Origin: an uncultured Collinsella sp.
GTDB lineage: Bacteria; Actinomycetota; Coriobacteriia; Coriobacteriales; Coriobacteriaceae
Assembly (NCBI GenBank): GCA_900547765.1
Contig: URIA01000002.1
Location: forward strand, 2,620-66,619
Direction of reading: 5' to 3'
DNA: 64,000 bases
Both the position numbers and the translations under genes were made by a program. Of the stretch, positions 27,632 to 37,280 are shown piece after piece. The notes beneath the pieces were generated by a model. The model did not search any database. It was not told the origin of the DNA and saw only the letters and a list, made by a program, of their open reading frames with translations. Position 1 is the stretch's first letter, and every line of letters begins with the position of its first letter.

Positions 27632-28192
27632 TTAGCCGAAGTAGCGCTTGAGCAGGCCGGCGAAAGCCTTGCCGTGGCGAGCCTCGTCGCGAGCCATCTC
27701 GTGCACGGTGTCGTGGATGGCATCGAGGCCAGCGGCCTTGGCGCGCTTAGCAAGATCGGTCTTGCCGGCGGTGGCGCCGTTCTCGGCCTCAACGCGCATC
27801 TCGAGGTTCTTCTTGGTGGAGTCGGTTACGACCTCGCCCAGGAGCTCAGCGAACTTGGCAGCGTGCTCGGCCTCCTCGTGGGCAGCCTTCTCCCAGTACA
27901 GGCCGATCTCGGGATAGCCCTCGCGATGAGCGACGCGCGCCATGGCCAGGTACATACCGACCTCGGAGCACTCGCCCTCAAAGTTGGCGCGCAGGTCGGC
28001 AACGATGTCCTCGGAGACGCCCTCCATCTTGGCGACGCCCACGACGTGCTCGGCAGCCCACTCGAGCTGACCCTCCTCCTGCTTCAGGAAGCGAGAACCG
28101 GGAACGCCGCACTGGGGGCACTTGAAGTCCTCGGGCAGCTGGTCGCCGTCGAACTCTTCCACATAACCGCAAACGGGGCAAACAAACTTCAT
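27632..28192 (-). CDS. Rubrerythrin family protein (N-terminal rubredoxin-like domain: reverse rubrerythrin type)
   Basis: N-terminal CPVCG…CPQCG rubredoxin-like centre followed by ferritin-like diiron motifs (E…EH…EA.H). ATG 28192 with RBS AAAGGA. Confidence 0.85.
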   Translation of the reverse strand: MKFVCPVCGYVEEFDGDQLPEDFKCPQCGVPGSRFLKQEEGQLEWAAEHVVGVAKMEGVSEDIVADLRANFEGECSEVGMYLAMARVAHREGYPEIGLYWEKAAHEEAEHAAKFAELLGEVVTDSTKKNLEMRVEAENGATAGKTDLAKRAKAAGLDAIHDTVHEMARDEARHGKAFAGLLKRYFG

Positions 28193-28448
28193 GATTCGAT
28201 CCTTTCGATCGATGGCGATTGTGCGCTCGTCCGGTCCCGTAAGGGCCCTCTCCGGACGTGCGTCTTGACGAGTTCTATTATCCATAAATGCAACCAAATG
28301 TGAAGCCTATTAGGAATGATTTTTAATAAAACAATTTTGAGATATGAAGATGTTGATTGATTAACGATTGGGAGGCCGTCTGCGATCTTTGCTGAGTACA
28401 ATCGGGCGAGCAAATGTTGACCTATCAACAAATGAAGGAGTTTCCTTT

Positions 28449-29669
28449 ATGCATCTAGCCCGTCGTGCCTGGTGCCGAACATATCAGACGGTTTTTCGCA
28501 TTGCATTGCCGATCCTGCCCTATACCGAGCCGCGCATTTTAGAGCATGCCGAGGATGTGCCCGCGGTGCTTCAAAAGCGCTCGATCCAGAAGGTCCTTAT
28601 CGTGACGGATCCCGGCATTGCCCGTCTGGGGCTCACGGCACCGCTCGAGACAGCGCTCGCGTCCAAGGGAATTGGCGTTGCGGTCTATGCCAAAACATCG
28701 GCGAACCCCACGGTCTCAAACGTGGAAGAAGCGGCGTCCCTGTATCGAGAGCGCGCCTGCCAGGCCGTTATCGGCTTTGGCGGTGGCTCGGCCATGGACT
28801 GTGCCAAGGGCGTGGGAGCACGCATCGCGCAGCCAAACAAGCCCATCAACAAGATGCGCGGCCTGCTGCGGATTCATCGTCGCCTGCCGCTGCTTATCGC
28901 CGTTCCCACCACGGCAGGTACGGGAAGCGAGGTCACGCTTGCGGCAGTAATTACCGATGGCGAAACACACTACAAGTATCCCATTAACGACTTTGTGCTT
29001 ATCCCGCGCTTTGCGGTGCACGACCCCGAGTTTACGCGCGGCCTGCCCGCCTCCATTACGGGGCAAACGGGCATGGACGCCCTGACGCATGCCGTCGAGG
29101 CGTTTATCGGGCGAAGCACCACACCCTATACGCGCAAGATGGCGCGGCAGGCGGTTCAGCTCATCCACGACAATTTGCTCGAGGCCTATGAGCATGGCGA
29201 TGACATGCGTGCGCGTCGCAATATGCTTTCGGCGGCGTATAAGGCGGGAGTTGCCTTTACGCGCTCCTATGTTGGATACGTTCATGCCATCGCGCACAGT
29301 CTAGGCGGCCGATACGGAATTCCGCACGGTTTGGCCAACGCGATCATCCTGCCGCACATGCTTCGCGCTTATGGTGACGCCGCCGCCCCCAAGCTTGCCG
29401 ATCTTGCTCGCATGGCGGGCATTGCGCCGGCTACCGCGCAGGACAGTCTTGCGGCCGAGGCCTTTATCGATTGGGTCGACCGCATGAACGAGGCCCTGGG
29501 AATCCCCAAATATGTCTCGGGTATTCGCCGCTCCGATATTCCGCAAATGGCGGCCCATGCCGATGCCGAGGCCAATCCCCTGTACCCCGTTCCACTTTTG
29601 ATGGACCGCTCGGAGCTCGAGCATATGTACGAGGTCGTCGCGGGTGGTATGTTTGAGGACGAGAACTAG
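28449..29669 (+). CDS. Iron-containing alcohol dehydrogenase
   Basis: Fe-ADH family: GGGSAMDCAKG and metal-binding His region (…AHSLGG…). RBS GAAGGAG. Confidence 0.85.
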   Translation: MHLARRAWCRTYQTVFRIALPILPYTEPRILEHAEDVPAVLQKRSIQKVLIVTDPGIARLGLTAPLETALASKGIGVAVYAKTSANPTVSNVEEAASLYRERACQAVIGFGGGSAMDCAKGVGARIAQPNKPINKMRGLLRIHRRLPLLIAVPTTAGTGSEVTLAAVITDGETHYKYPINDFVLIPRFAVHDPEFTRGLPASITGQTGMDALTHAVEAFIGRSTTPYTRKMARQAVQLIHDNLLEAYEHGDDMRARRNMLSAAYKAGVAFTRSYVGYVHAIAHSLGGRYGIPHGLANAIILPHMLRAYGDAAAPKLADLARMAGIAPATAQDSLAAEAFIDWVDRMNEALGIPKYVSGIRRSDIPQMAAHADAEANPLYPVPLLMDRSELEHMYEVVAGGMFEDEN

Positions 29670-29678
29670 GAGGGTGCC

Positions 29679-31058
29679 ATGAACACCGAGGAAATTGCGC
29701 GCATCGTCGGCGATCAGCGCGCCTACTTTAAGACGCACGCCACGTTTGATGTCGATGCTCGACGTCGCGCGCTCGTGTGTTTACGCGATGCGGTGCGGGC
29801 CCACGAGGCCGATATCGCTCATGCGCTCAAGACCGATTTGGGAAAGTCGCATGACGAGGCCTATATGTGCGAGATTGGCACATCGCTTTCCGAGATTCGA
29901 CATCAGATTGCGCATGTGGCCCGATGGAGTCGTCCGCGCCTGCGTCCGTGCGACCTCGCTAACGCCGTGAGCGTGTGCAAAACGCAAACCGTGCCCTATG
30001 GCGTCACGCTCATCATGGCGCCCTGGAACTATCCGTTTTTGCTGACGCTCGAGCCGCTCGCTGGCGCCCTTGCCGCGGGCAATACCGTGGTCATCAAGCC
30101 GAGCGCCTATGCTCCGGCATCGAGCGCGGTGCTCAGGCAAATCTGTGAAGAGGCATTTGATCCGCGCCTGGTGACGGTTGTCGAGGGCGGGCGCGCCGAG
30201 AACGAAGCGCTGCTCGATGAGCACTGGGACAAGATCTTCTTTACCGGTAGCGTTCCGGTTGGCAAGCTCGTCATGGAGCGCGCAAGTAAAAACCTTACGC
30301 CCGTGACGCTTGAGCTGGGCGGAAAGAGTCCCTGCATCGTGGATGCGACGGCAAACTTGAAGGTCGCGGCACGGCGCATCGCCTTTGGTAAATGGCTCAA
30401 CGTGGGGCAGACCTGCGTGGCGCCCGACTACCTGCTGGTCGATACGCGCGTGCACGACGAGCTGCTGGGCCTCATCAAGGAGGAGGTCCGTCGCATGTTT
30501 GGCGAACATCCACTCGACAATGAGGATTACGGACATATCGTCAACGCCAAGCATTTTGCGCGTGCGCGCGGGCTGATCGATCCCGATAAGGTCGTGCTTG
30601 GAGGTGCCGCGCGCGAGGCTTCGCTCAAGATTGAGCCGACAATTTTGGACGGCGTGGCCCCCGCTGACGCCGTGATGCAGGAGGAGATCTTCGGTCCCAT
30701 CTTGCCGGTGCTGACGTTTGAGAGCCTAGACGAGGCCGAAGCGTTTATTACGGATCGTCCGACGCCGCTGGCCCTGTATATCTTTAGCCAGGATCGTGCG
30801 GTTCAGCAACGCTTTGTGCGCTACGTGCCCTTTGGCGGCGGCTGCGTCAACGACACCATCATGCACTTGGCTACGAGCCATATGGGCTTTGGCGGCATGG
30901 GCGCGAGCGGTATGGGGCAGTACCATGGCCGCGAGAGCTTCGATACGTTTAGCCACAAGAAGAGCATCGTGAACAAGGCAACCTGGCTGGACGTGCCGTT
31001 TCGGTATGCGCCCTACGCAAGCTGGAAGCACAAATTCGTGCGCATGTTTGTGCATTAG
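29679..31058 (+). CDS. NAD(P)-dependent aldehyde dehydrogenase
   Basis: ALDH catalytic motifs ELGGKSP and GQTCVAPDY (Cys). RBS AGGAGGG. Forms an ADH-ALDH pair with the preceding gene. Confidence 0.85.
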   Translation: MNTEEIARIVGDQRAYFKTHATFDVDARRRALVCLRDAVRAHEADIAHALKTDLGKSHDEAYMCEIGTSLSEIRHQIAHVARWSRPRLRPCDLANAVSVCKTQTVPYGVTLIMAPWNYPFLLTLEPLAGALAAGNTVVIKPSAYAPASSAVLRQICEEAFDPRLVTVVEGGRAENEALLDEHWDKIFFTGSVPVGKLVMERASKNLTPVTLELGGKSPCIVDATANLKVAARRIAFGKWLNVGQTCVAPDYLLVDTRVHDELLGLIKEEVRRMFGEHPLDNEDYGHIVNAKHFARARGLIDPDKVVLGGAAREASLKIEPTILDGVAPADAVMQEEIFGPILPVLTFESLDEAEAFITDRPTPLALYIFSQDRAVQQRFVRYVPFGGGCVNDTIMHLATSHMGFGGMGASGMGQYHGRESFDTFSHKKSIVNKATWLDVPFRYAPYASWKHKFVRMFVH

Positions 31059-31180
31059 AATCAGATGGCGTAGCGACAAACGGTCGAAAGGCGCAGGCAG
31101 GATGAATTTGTGTCCGCACGAGTTCGTAGACTTCTCAATAAGGTTAAGCGCCGGTTTATCTGGCCGTTAGGGGAGTTGCT

Positions 31181-31507
31181 ATGTACGAGCCTTCACGTGT
31201 TCTTCTGTCATTTCACATTGCAGGATTTCAGTATGCCGATGGCGCCTTGGTCCTGGGCGATCTTAAAGCGGGCGATAAGCTGACGCTGTGTGCCGAGCGC
31301 GATAATCCCCATGACCCTGAGGCGGTTGCGATCTATTACGGCAACACCAAGCTTGGCTATGTTCCGGGAAACGAGGTCGGCCCGCTGTCCTTGATGATGT
31401 ATTACGGCCACGAGGACGTATTTGAGGCCCGCGTGCAACAGGTTGCTCCCGAGCGCAGCCCGTGGCATCAGGTGCGCGTTGGCCTCTATGTGGTGGATGC
31501 TCGCTAA
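31181..31507 (+). CDS. HIRAN domain protein
   Basis: 108-aa stand-alone HIRAN: …AERDNPHDPEAVAIYY.NTKLGYVP… RBS TAGGGGAG. Confidence 0.7.
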   Translation: MYEPSRVLLSFHIAGFQYADGALVLGDLKAGDKLTLCAERDNPHDPEAVAIYYGNTKLGYVPGNEVGPLSLMMYYGHEDVFEARVQQVAPERSPWHQVRVGLYVVDAR

Positions 31508-31525
31508 TCGGTAAGGGAAGCTGCC

Positions 31526-31705
31526 ATGTTTGACGACGATGACCTGTTCGATTTGACGGATGATCCGTTTGAATGGGATATGCTACTCGATGACGATGAG
31601 TTGGAGCAGGGCCGTAGGAAACGGCAGGACAAGAAAACTCAGGGTGACGCTTCGAAAAAGCAAGACAAGCGCCGCCGCGGACTGTTCGGCGGGCTCTTTG
31701 GCTAA
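31526..31705 (+). CDS. Small ORF (59 aa): acidic N-terminal half, basic C-terminal tail; missing from the ORF track
   Basis: ATG 31526 with RBS AAGGGAAG; MFDDDDLFDLTDDPFEWDMLLDDDELEQGRRKRQDKKTQGDASKKQDKRRRGLFGGLFG; TAA at 31703-31705. Sits between the HIRAN and phosphoesterase genes. Confidence 0.45.
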   Translation: MFDDDDLFDLTDDPFEWDMLLDDDELEQGRRKRQDKKTQGDASKKQDKRRRGLFGGLFG

Positions 31706-31771
31706 CCGCCGCATCGCTGTGTCTGTATACTTAGCACCAGTTTGACGCGTTGCGAAATGAGGGCATAGACG

Positions 31772-32317
31772 ATGATGTGGTTTACCGCCGACCTACACCT
31801 GGGCGATACGAATATCTTGCACGACATGGACCGGCCGTTTGGCTCGGTCGAGGAGATGAACCGCAAGGTCATCGATGCCATCAATGAGTGCGTGGCTGTG
31901 GACGACCGCCTCTATATCTTGGGAGACTTTACCTATCGTTTGCCCCTGGCGGAGGCGGTGCGCCTGCGCGAGCGCATCGAATGCCAGAATGTGACGCTCA
32001 TCCGTGGCAACCATGACGGCGACTGGGAAGATCCCGACGTACCGCAGATTTGGGAAGACGTGCGCGATTACCTGGAGATTGCTCCCGGCTATGCCAAGGG
32101 CCATCGCCTGGTTTTGAGCCATTACCCCATGCTCAGCTGGAATGGCAAGGCGCGCGGCGCCATCATGCTGCACGGGCATATCCACAGCAGGGGAGACCGC
32201 ACCAACGCACGCAACCGCGATCGCGAGCGCCCTATCTTTCGCTACGATGTCGGTCTCGATGCCAACGAGTACAAGCCCGTAAGCCGTGATCAGATTCTTA
32301 GCTTCTTTGGGTTATAG
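31772..32317 (+). CDS. Metallophosphoesterase (calcineurin-like)
   Basis: Metal-binding motifs DLHLGD, GDF, GNHD, GHIH in canonical order; 181 aa. Confidence 0.75.
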   Translation: MMWFTADLHLGDTNILHDMDRPFGSVEEMNRKVIDAINECVAVDDRLYILGDFTYRLPLAEAVRLRERIECQNVTLIRGNHDGDWEDPDVPQIWEDVRDYLEIAPGYAKGHRLVLSHYPMLSWNGKARGAIMLHGHIHSRGDRTNARNRDRERPIFRYDVGLDANEYKPVSRDQILSFFGL

Positions 32318-32320
32318 AGC

Positions 32321-32367
32321 GCCAGAGCCACCACAAAGGGGACAGGCACCTTTGTGGTGGTTCTGGC
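32321..32367. repeat. REP-like hairpin repeat, copy d (extended stem)
   Basis: gccagaGCCACCACAAAGG-ggacaggcac-CCTTTGTGGTGGttctggc. Confidence 0.85.
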
Positions 32368-32457
32368 GCCGTTGCCATTATGGCGGCGGCGCCTTTTTTG
32401 TCCGCGCGGCGCGGTAGAGTGTAGCCGGTTGATATTTGCGTCCATCGAGGAGCTGCT

Positions 32458-34215
32458 ATGAACGAGATCAAGTGCCCGCATTGCGGCGAAGTTTTTAAGG
32501 TCGATGCGTCCGGCTATGCGGATATCGTCAAGCAAGTGCGCGATGCCGAGTTCTCGCGCGATCTTGATGAGCGCGTAGCGGCGGCTCGACGCGAGGGCGA
32601 GCAGGCGCTGGAGCTTGAGCGTTCGCGTTCGGCGTCTGCCCTGCAGGAGGCGGAGTCTCAACGCGACGCTCAGCTTGTCGAGCAGAAGAACGCTGCGGCG
32701 CAGGAGTTGGCACAAGAGGTTGCCAAGCGCGATGCTGAGCTTGCCGAGCTGCGCGCCAAGCTCGAGGGCGCTGCCGCAGAGCGCGAGAGCGCAAGCCAGC
32801 GCGCGGCGGTTGAGGCCCGCGCCGATGCTCAAAAGGAGAATGCCGAGCTGCAGCGCGAGATCGACAACCTGCGTGCGCAGCTGGGGCGCAAGGATGACGA
32901 AGCAAAGCTTGCCGAAGCCGCGGTGCGCAATGCGACTCAAAATGACCTCGCCGCGCGCGATGCTCAGATTGCGGAGTTGCAGGCAAAGCTTGCCGCCGCA
33001 GATAAGGCTCAAGAAATGGCGCTCGCAACTGCTGCGGCCGAGGCGCAGCGTAAGCTCGAGGCTGCGCAAAACGAAGCGAATCGTAAGCTTTCCGATTACC
33101 AGACAGAAGTGCGTGAGAAGTTCTCGAATGCTAAGACTCAGTCCGAGCGCGAGGCCGAGGGCCTTCGTGCACAGCTTCGTGAGCAAGAACTTTCTGCAAA
33201 AATGGAGCTGTCGAAGGCGGTCGCCGCGGCGGAGCGAGAGCGCGATGAGGCACGTGCCAAGCTGACGAGCGAGTTGGCGGTGCGCGATTCTCGCGAGGAG
33301 CAGGCCAAGGCGGCACACGAGCTCGAGCTTGCGCAGGCCAAGCGTGCGAGCGATGACCTGATTCGCTACAAGGATGAAGAGATTGAGCGCCTTAAGGACA
33401 TGAAGGTCCGCCTGTCCACCAAGATGGTGGGCGAGTCGCTCGAGCAGCACTGCGAGACCGAGTTCAACCGTCTGCGCATGACGGCATTTCCTAACGCGTA
33501 CTTCGAGAAGGATAACGATGCGTCCGAGGGTACCAAGGGCGACTTTATCTTCCGCGAGTGCGACGCAAGCGGCAACGAGGTCATTTCGATTATGTTCGAG
33601 ATGAAAAACGAGAACGACGAGACCGCGACCAAGCATAAAAACGAGGACTTCTTTAAGAAGCTCGACCACGATCGTCGCCAGAAAGGCTGTGAGTATGCAG
33701 TGCTCTGCACGCTGCTCGAGCCCGAGAGCGAGCTCTACAATGCCGGCATCGTGGACGTGAGCTATCGCTACGAGAAGATGTACGTGATCCGTCCGCAGTT
33801 TTTCATTCCCATGATCACGCTTCTGCGCAACGCCGCCATGGGTTCGCTGCGCTATAAGCAGGAGCTGGCGGAGTACAAGCAGCAGAACATCGACGTCACG
33901 AACTTCGAAGCCAAGATGGAAAAGTTCAAGAACGATTTCGGCCGCAACTACGAGATCGCGAGCCGCAAGTTCCAAACGGCAATCGATGAGATTGACAAGA
34001 CGATTAGCCATCTGCAGAAAACCAAGGAGGCGTTGCTGTCCTCCGAGAACAATCTGCGCCTAGCTAACAAGAAGGCCGACGATCTTACTATTCGCAAGCT
34101 CACCTGGGGCAACAAGACCATGAAGGCGGCGTTTGACGAGGCACGCGGGACTGCGCCAGAGACAAACGATGAGCCCGCCGAGGCGGATTCGTATGAGGTC
34201 GAGGATGCCGAGTAA
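32458..34215 (+). CDS. DUF2130 domain protein (N-terminal zinc ribbon, long coiled coil, C-terminal nuclease-like domain)
   Basis: [13 protein letters not shown]… ribbon; ~250-aa Ala/Glu/Arg/Gln-rich coiled coil; conserved C-terminal block (…DFIFRE…[12 protein letters not shown]…EYAVLCT…). RBS GAGGAG. Confidence 0.75.
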   Translation: MNEIKCPHCGEVFKVDASGYADIVKQVRDAEFSRDLDERVAAARREGEQALELERSRSASALQEAESQRDAQLVEQKNAAAQELAQEVAKRDAELAELRAKLEGAAAERESASQRAAVEARADAQKENAELQREIDNLRAQLGRKDDEAKLAEAAVRNATQNDLAARDAQIAELQAKLAAADKAQEMALATAAAEAQRKLEAAQNEANRKLSDYQTEVREKFSNAKTQSEREAEGLRAQLREQELSAKMELSKAVAAAERERDEARAKLTSELAVRDSREEQAKAAHELELAQAKRASDDLIRYKDEEIERLKDMKVRLSTKMVGESLEQHCETEFNRLRMTAFPNAYFEKDNDASEGTKGDFIFRECDASGNEVISIMFEMKNENDETATKHKNEDFFKKLDHDRRQKGCEYAVLCTLLEPESELYNAGIVDVSYRYEKMYVIRPQFFIPMITLLRNAAMGSLRYKQELAEYKQQNIDVTNFEAKMEKFKNDFGRNYEIASRKFQTAIDEIDKTISHLQKTKEALLSSENNLRLANKKADDLTIRKLTWGNKTMKAAFDEARGTAPETNDEPAEADSYEVEDAE

Positions 34216-34289
34216 GGCATAGCGTATAGTGCAAAAGCGGGGCCGCTGGCAATATTGCCAACGGCCCCGTTTCGTTCCAGTATGTTCGG

Positions 34290-36971
34290 CTAGTTCTCGA
34301 GCAGGTCCTCGATAAAGCCGACGCGGTAGTTTTTGAAGATGACCTCGCCGCCGTCTTGCGTGGCGTCCAGATCGACATCGCCCATGATGCCAAAATCGTG
34401 GTCGCCGTCCTCGTCGGCAAAGATCTGGTGCACGTGCCATACGTGCGCGGTCTTCTCATCGGACTCATCGATGGAAAACATCGCGGCGCTGCGGGCATCT
34501 CCGTCGGTGAGGATTTCCTCGTGCTGCTCGTGGTAGGCATCGAGCGCCTTTTGCCAGCGGATCTCGCTCATGCCCCAGTTGTCATCGAGCTCGCCCAGGT
34601 CGCGAACGTGCTCGCGAGCGGCAAGAGTCACGCGGCGGAAGAGCGCGTTGCGAACCAACAGCGTGCAGCCGCGGCGGTCCGCTACGACCTCGTCGATGCC
34701 CTGTGGCGGCGCGGCGTCGAGGGCTGCCGGGTTGCCGGCGTTCTCCCACTCGTCCACCAGGCTCGAGTCCACCGAGCGCACCACAAAGCCCAGCCACGAG
34801 ATAATGTCGCGCAGGCGCTCGTCGCGTTTCTCGATGGGTACGGTGCGGTCGAGCGAACGGTAGGCCTCTGCCAGGTAGCGCAGCAAAATGCCCTCGGAGC
34901 GGGCGATGCCGAGCTTTTGAATGTAACCCTTAAAGTCGCTCGCGCTTTCCAGCATATCGCGCAGGACGCTCTTGGGAGAGAGCTGGTAGTCGTTGGCCCA
35001 GGGCACTTCCTGGCAGTACTTGTCAAAGGCGGCATCGAGCAAGTCTTCGAGCGGCTTTTCGTACGTGACGTCTTGAATACGCTCCAGACGCTCCTCATAG
35101 TCGACGCCGTCGGCTTTCATCTCGGCCATAGCGCGATCGCGTGCGGCGCGCTCCTGTGCGCGCAGCACCTGCTTGGGATCCTCGAGCGTTGCCTCGACCA
35201 TTGAGATCAGGTCCATGGTATAGGTTTCGCTATCAGGATCGAGCAACTCCAGCGCGGCAAGCAAAAACGGCGAGAGCGGCTGGTCGAGCGCAAAGTCCTC
35301 GGGCAGGTCGACCGTCAGCGCGTAGTCGATGTCCGGCGCGGCGTCAGCCGGAGCGTCGGGTGCGGGCGGCACCTCGGTGCGAACGACGACACCGGAATCG
35401 ATGAGCGTGGCGAAGATTTCGTCGGCGCGAACCTCGAGCTTGGCCTTTTCCTCGGGGGTCTGCAGGCTTGTCTCAATGAGGTCGTGTACGCGGGCACGGG
35501 CATCACCGCCCTGCTCGACCACGCTAATCACCATGGAGTGCGTGATGCGCAGGCGCGGCTTGAGCGTCTCGGGCTGCGTCTCGATCAGGCGCTCAAAGGT
35601 CTGCTTATTCCAGGTGACAAAGCCCTCGGGGGCCTTTTTCTTTTTAATCTTACGGAGCTTTTTGGGGTCGTCGCCCGCTTTGGCCATAAGCTTGGCATTT
35701 TCGATCTCGTGCTCGGGTGCCTCGGCGATCACCATGCCCTCGGTATCGAAGCCCGAGCGGCCGGCGCGACCGGCAATCTGATGGAACTCGCGGGCGCGCA
35801 GACGACGCATCTTGTAGCCATCGAACTTGGTGAGCGCGGTGAGCACCACGGTGTGGATGGGTACGTTGATGCCGACGCCGAGCGTGTCGGTGCCGCAAAT
35901 GACGGGCAGTAGGCCCTGCTGTGCCAGGCGCTCGACCAGTAGGCGATAGCGCGGCAGCATACCGGCGTGGTGCACGCCGACGCCGCAGCCAAGCAAGCGC
36001 TTGAGGATCTTGCCGAAGGCCGTCGAGAAGCTCGTGCCCTTGGCCGCCTCCTTGATAGCCTCGCGCTGCTCCTTGCTGGCAATGCCAAAGTTGGCGAGGG
36101 ATTGCGCCGTCGCAAGTGCGGCGTCCTGGCTAAAGTGCACGATGTAGAGCGGGGCCTCGCCGCGGCGCATGGCGAGCTCGACGGTGCCCTCGAGCGAGGT
36201 CGTCACGTAGTCGTAGCTCAGCGGCACGGGGCGTGGGGCATCGACGACCAAGTCGCAGGTAGCGCCGGTGTGTTCCTCGAGCGAGGCGGCGATCGCGGTG
36301 ACATCGCCGAGCGTGGCGCTCATGAGCATGAATTGCGTGTGAGGCAGGGCGAGCAGTGGCACCTGCCAGGCCCAACCGCGATCGGGGTCGGCAAAGTAGT
36401 GGAACTCGTCCATGGCGACGCAGCCAACATCGGCATCTTCGCCCTCGCGCAGTGCGTCGTTGGCAAGGATTTCTGCCGTGCAGCAGATGACGGGCGCCTT
36501 GGTGTTGATGTGCGTGTCGCCGGTGATCATGCCGACGTTATCGCGGCCGAGCACCTGCACAAGGTCGAAAAACTTCTCACTGACCAGAGCCTTGATAGGA
36601 GCCGTGTAGTAGCAGCGCTTGCCCTGCGCCATGCCCATAAAGAGCATTCCCAGCGCGACGAGCGATTTACCCGATCCGGTCGGTGTTCCCAAAATGACAT
36701 GGTCACCGGCGGCTAGATCCATGAGGGCCTCTTCCTGGTGGTCCCACAGCTCAATACCGCGATCGCTCGTCCATTCAAAGAAACGTTCGAAGGCCTGATC
36801 GGGCGTGAGCCACGGTTCGGGCTCACTGCCATCCTCGGGCTCCCACCAGGTGGGGGAGAGCGCGCCGAGCGAACCGAACTCGGCTTCGGTTCCCGTGCCG
36901 CCCGAGAATGAGCTGGCGGCTCCGGCGCCGGAAACGGTGCTGGCGGTGGTGTCTGTCGTGGTCTGTGCCAT
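34290..36971 (-). CDS. DEAD/DEAH-box (Ski2-like) helicase with DUF3516-type C-terminal region
   Basis: Motif I GTPTGSGKS, motif II DEFH, SAT; ~890 aa. ATG 36971; the track start at 37142 lies inside MITE copy 3. Confidence 0.85.
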   Translation of the reverse strand: MAQTTTDTTASTVSGAGAASSFSGGTGTEAEFGSLGALSPTWWEPEDGSEPEPWLTPDQAFERFFEWTSDRGIELWDHQEEALMDLAAGDHVILGTPTGSGKSLVALGMLFMGMAQGKRCYYTAPIKALVSEKFFDLVQVLGRDNVGMITGDTHINTKAPVICCTAEILANDALREGEDADVGCVAMDEFHYFADPDRGWAWQVPLLALPHTQFMLMSATLGDVTAIAASLEEHTGATCDLVVDAPRPVPLSYDYVTTSLEGTVELAMRRGEAPLYIVHFSQDAALATAQSLANFGIASKEQREAIKEAAKGTSFSTAFGKILKRLLGCGVGVHHAGMLPRYRLLVERLAQQGLLPVICGTDTLGVGINVPIHTVVLTALTKFDGYKMRRLRAREFHQIAGRAGRSGFDTEGMVIAEAPEHEIENAKLMAKAGDDPKKLRKIKKKKAPEGFVTWNKQTFERLIETQPETLKPRLRITHSMVISVVEQGGDARARVHDLIETSLQTPEEKAKLEVRADEIFATLIDSGVVVRTEVPPAPDAPADAAPDIDYALTVDLPEDFALDQPLSPFLLAALELLDPDSETYTMDLISMVEATLEDPKQVLRAQERAARDRAMAEMKADGVDYEERLERIQDVTYEKPLEDLLDAAFDKYCQEVPWANDYQLSPKSVLRDMLESASDFKGYIQKLGIARSEGILLRYLAEAYRSLDRTVPIEKRDERLRDIISWLGFVVRSVDSSLVDEWENAGNPAALDAAPPQGIDEVVADRRGCTLLVRNALFRRVTLAAREHVRDLGELDDNWGMSEIRWQKALDAYHEQHEEILTDGDARSAAMFSIDESDEKTAHVWHVHQIFADEDGDHDFGIMGDVDLDATQDGGEVIFKNYRVGFIEDLLEN

Positions 36972-37092
36972 GTGGTTGCTTTCTCTCGCGTTTGTCCGCC
37001 AACTATTATGGCGTAGCGTCGCATCGATGCGTTCGCAGGCAAGAAAATGCAGGAAATGGGCGTTCTGCCCAGCCGTTTGGTGCAGTTGCCAG

Positions 37093-37215
37093 CTAAGTGA
37101 GTAGACTTTTTGCAATATCGCGAGCACATGGCTTTTGCGCAAGGGCTCTACCTGCGGTTTTAGTATTGGTTATGCGGGTTGTGCTTGGCTATTGCAAAAA
37201 AGTCTACTCACTTAG
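37093..37215. mobile_element. MITE-like element, copy 3
   Basis: CTAAGTGAGTAGACTTTTTGC … GCAAAAAAGTCTACTCACTTAG. Located between the helicase and trmB genes. Confidence 0.85.
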
Positions 37216-37280
37216 ATTTGAGGGTCGTTTGTTGGCGCCTATTCGCGCTTGTTTGCCGACGTCGCGACCATCAGAAGCCC

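Noticed and set aside
31560-31745. Track ORF 31560..31745 (61 aa) overlapping the small-ORF region
   Set aside because: Different frame from the RBS-supported 59-aa ORF (31526..31705). No RBS and the translation is unremarkable; the acidic/basic 59-aa frame is preferred.
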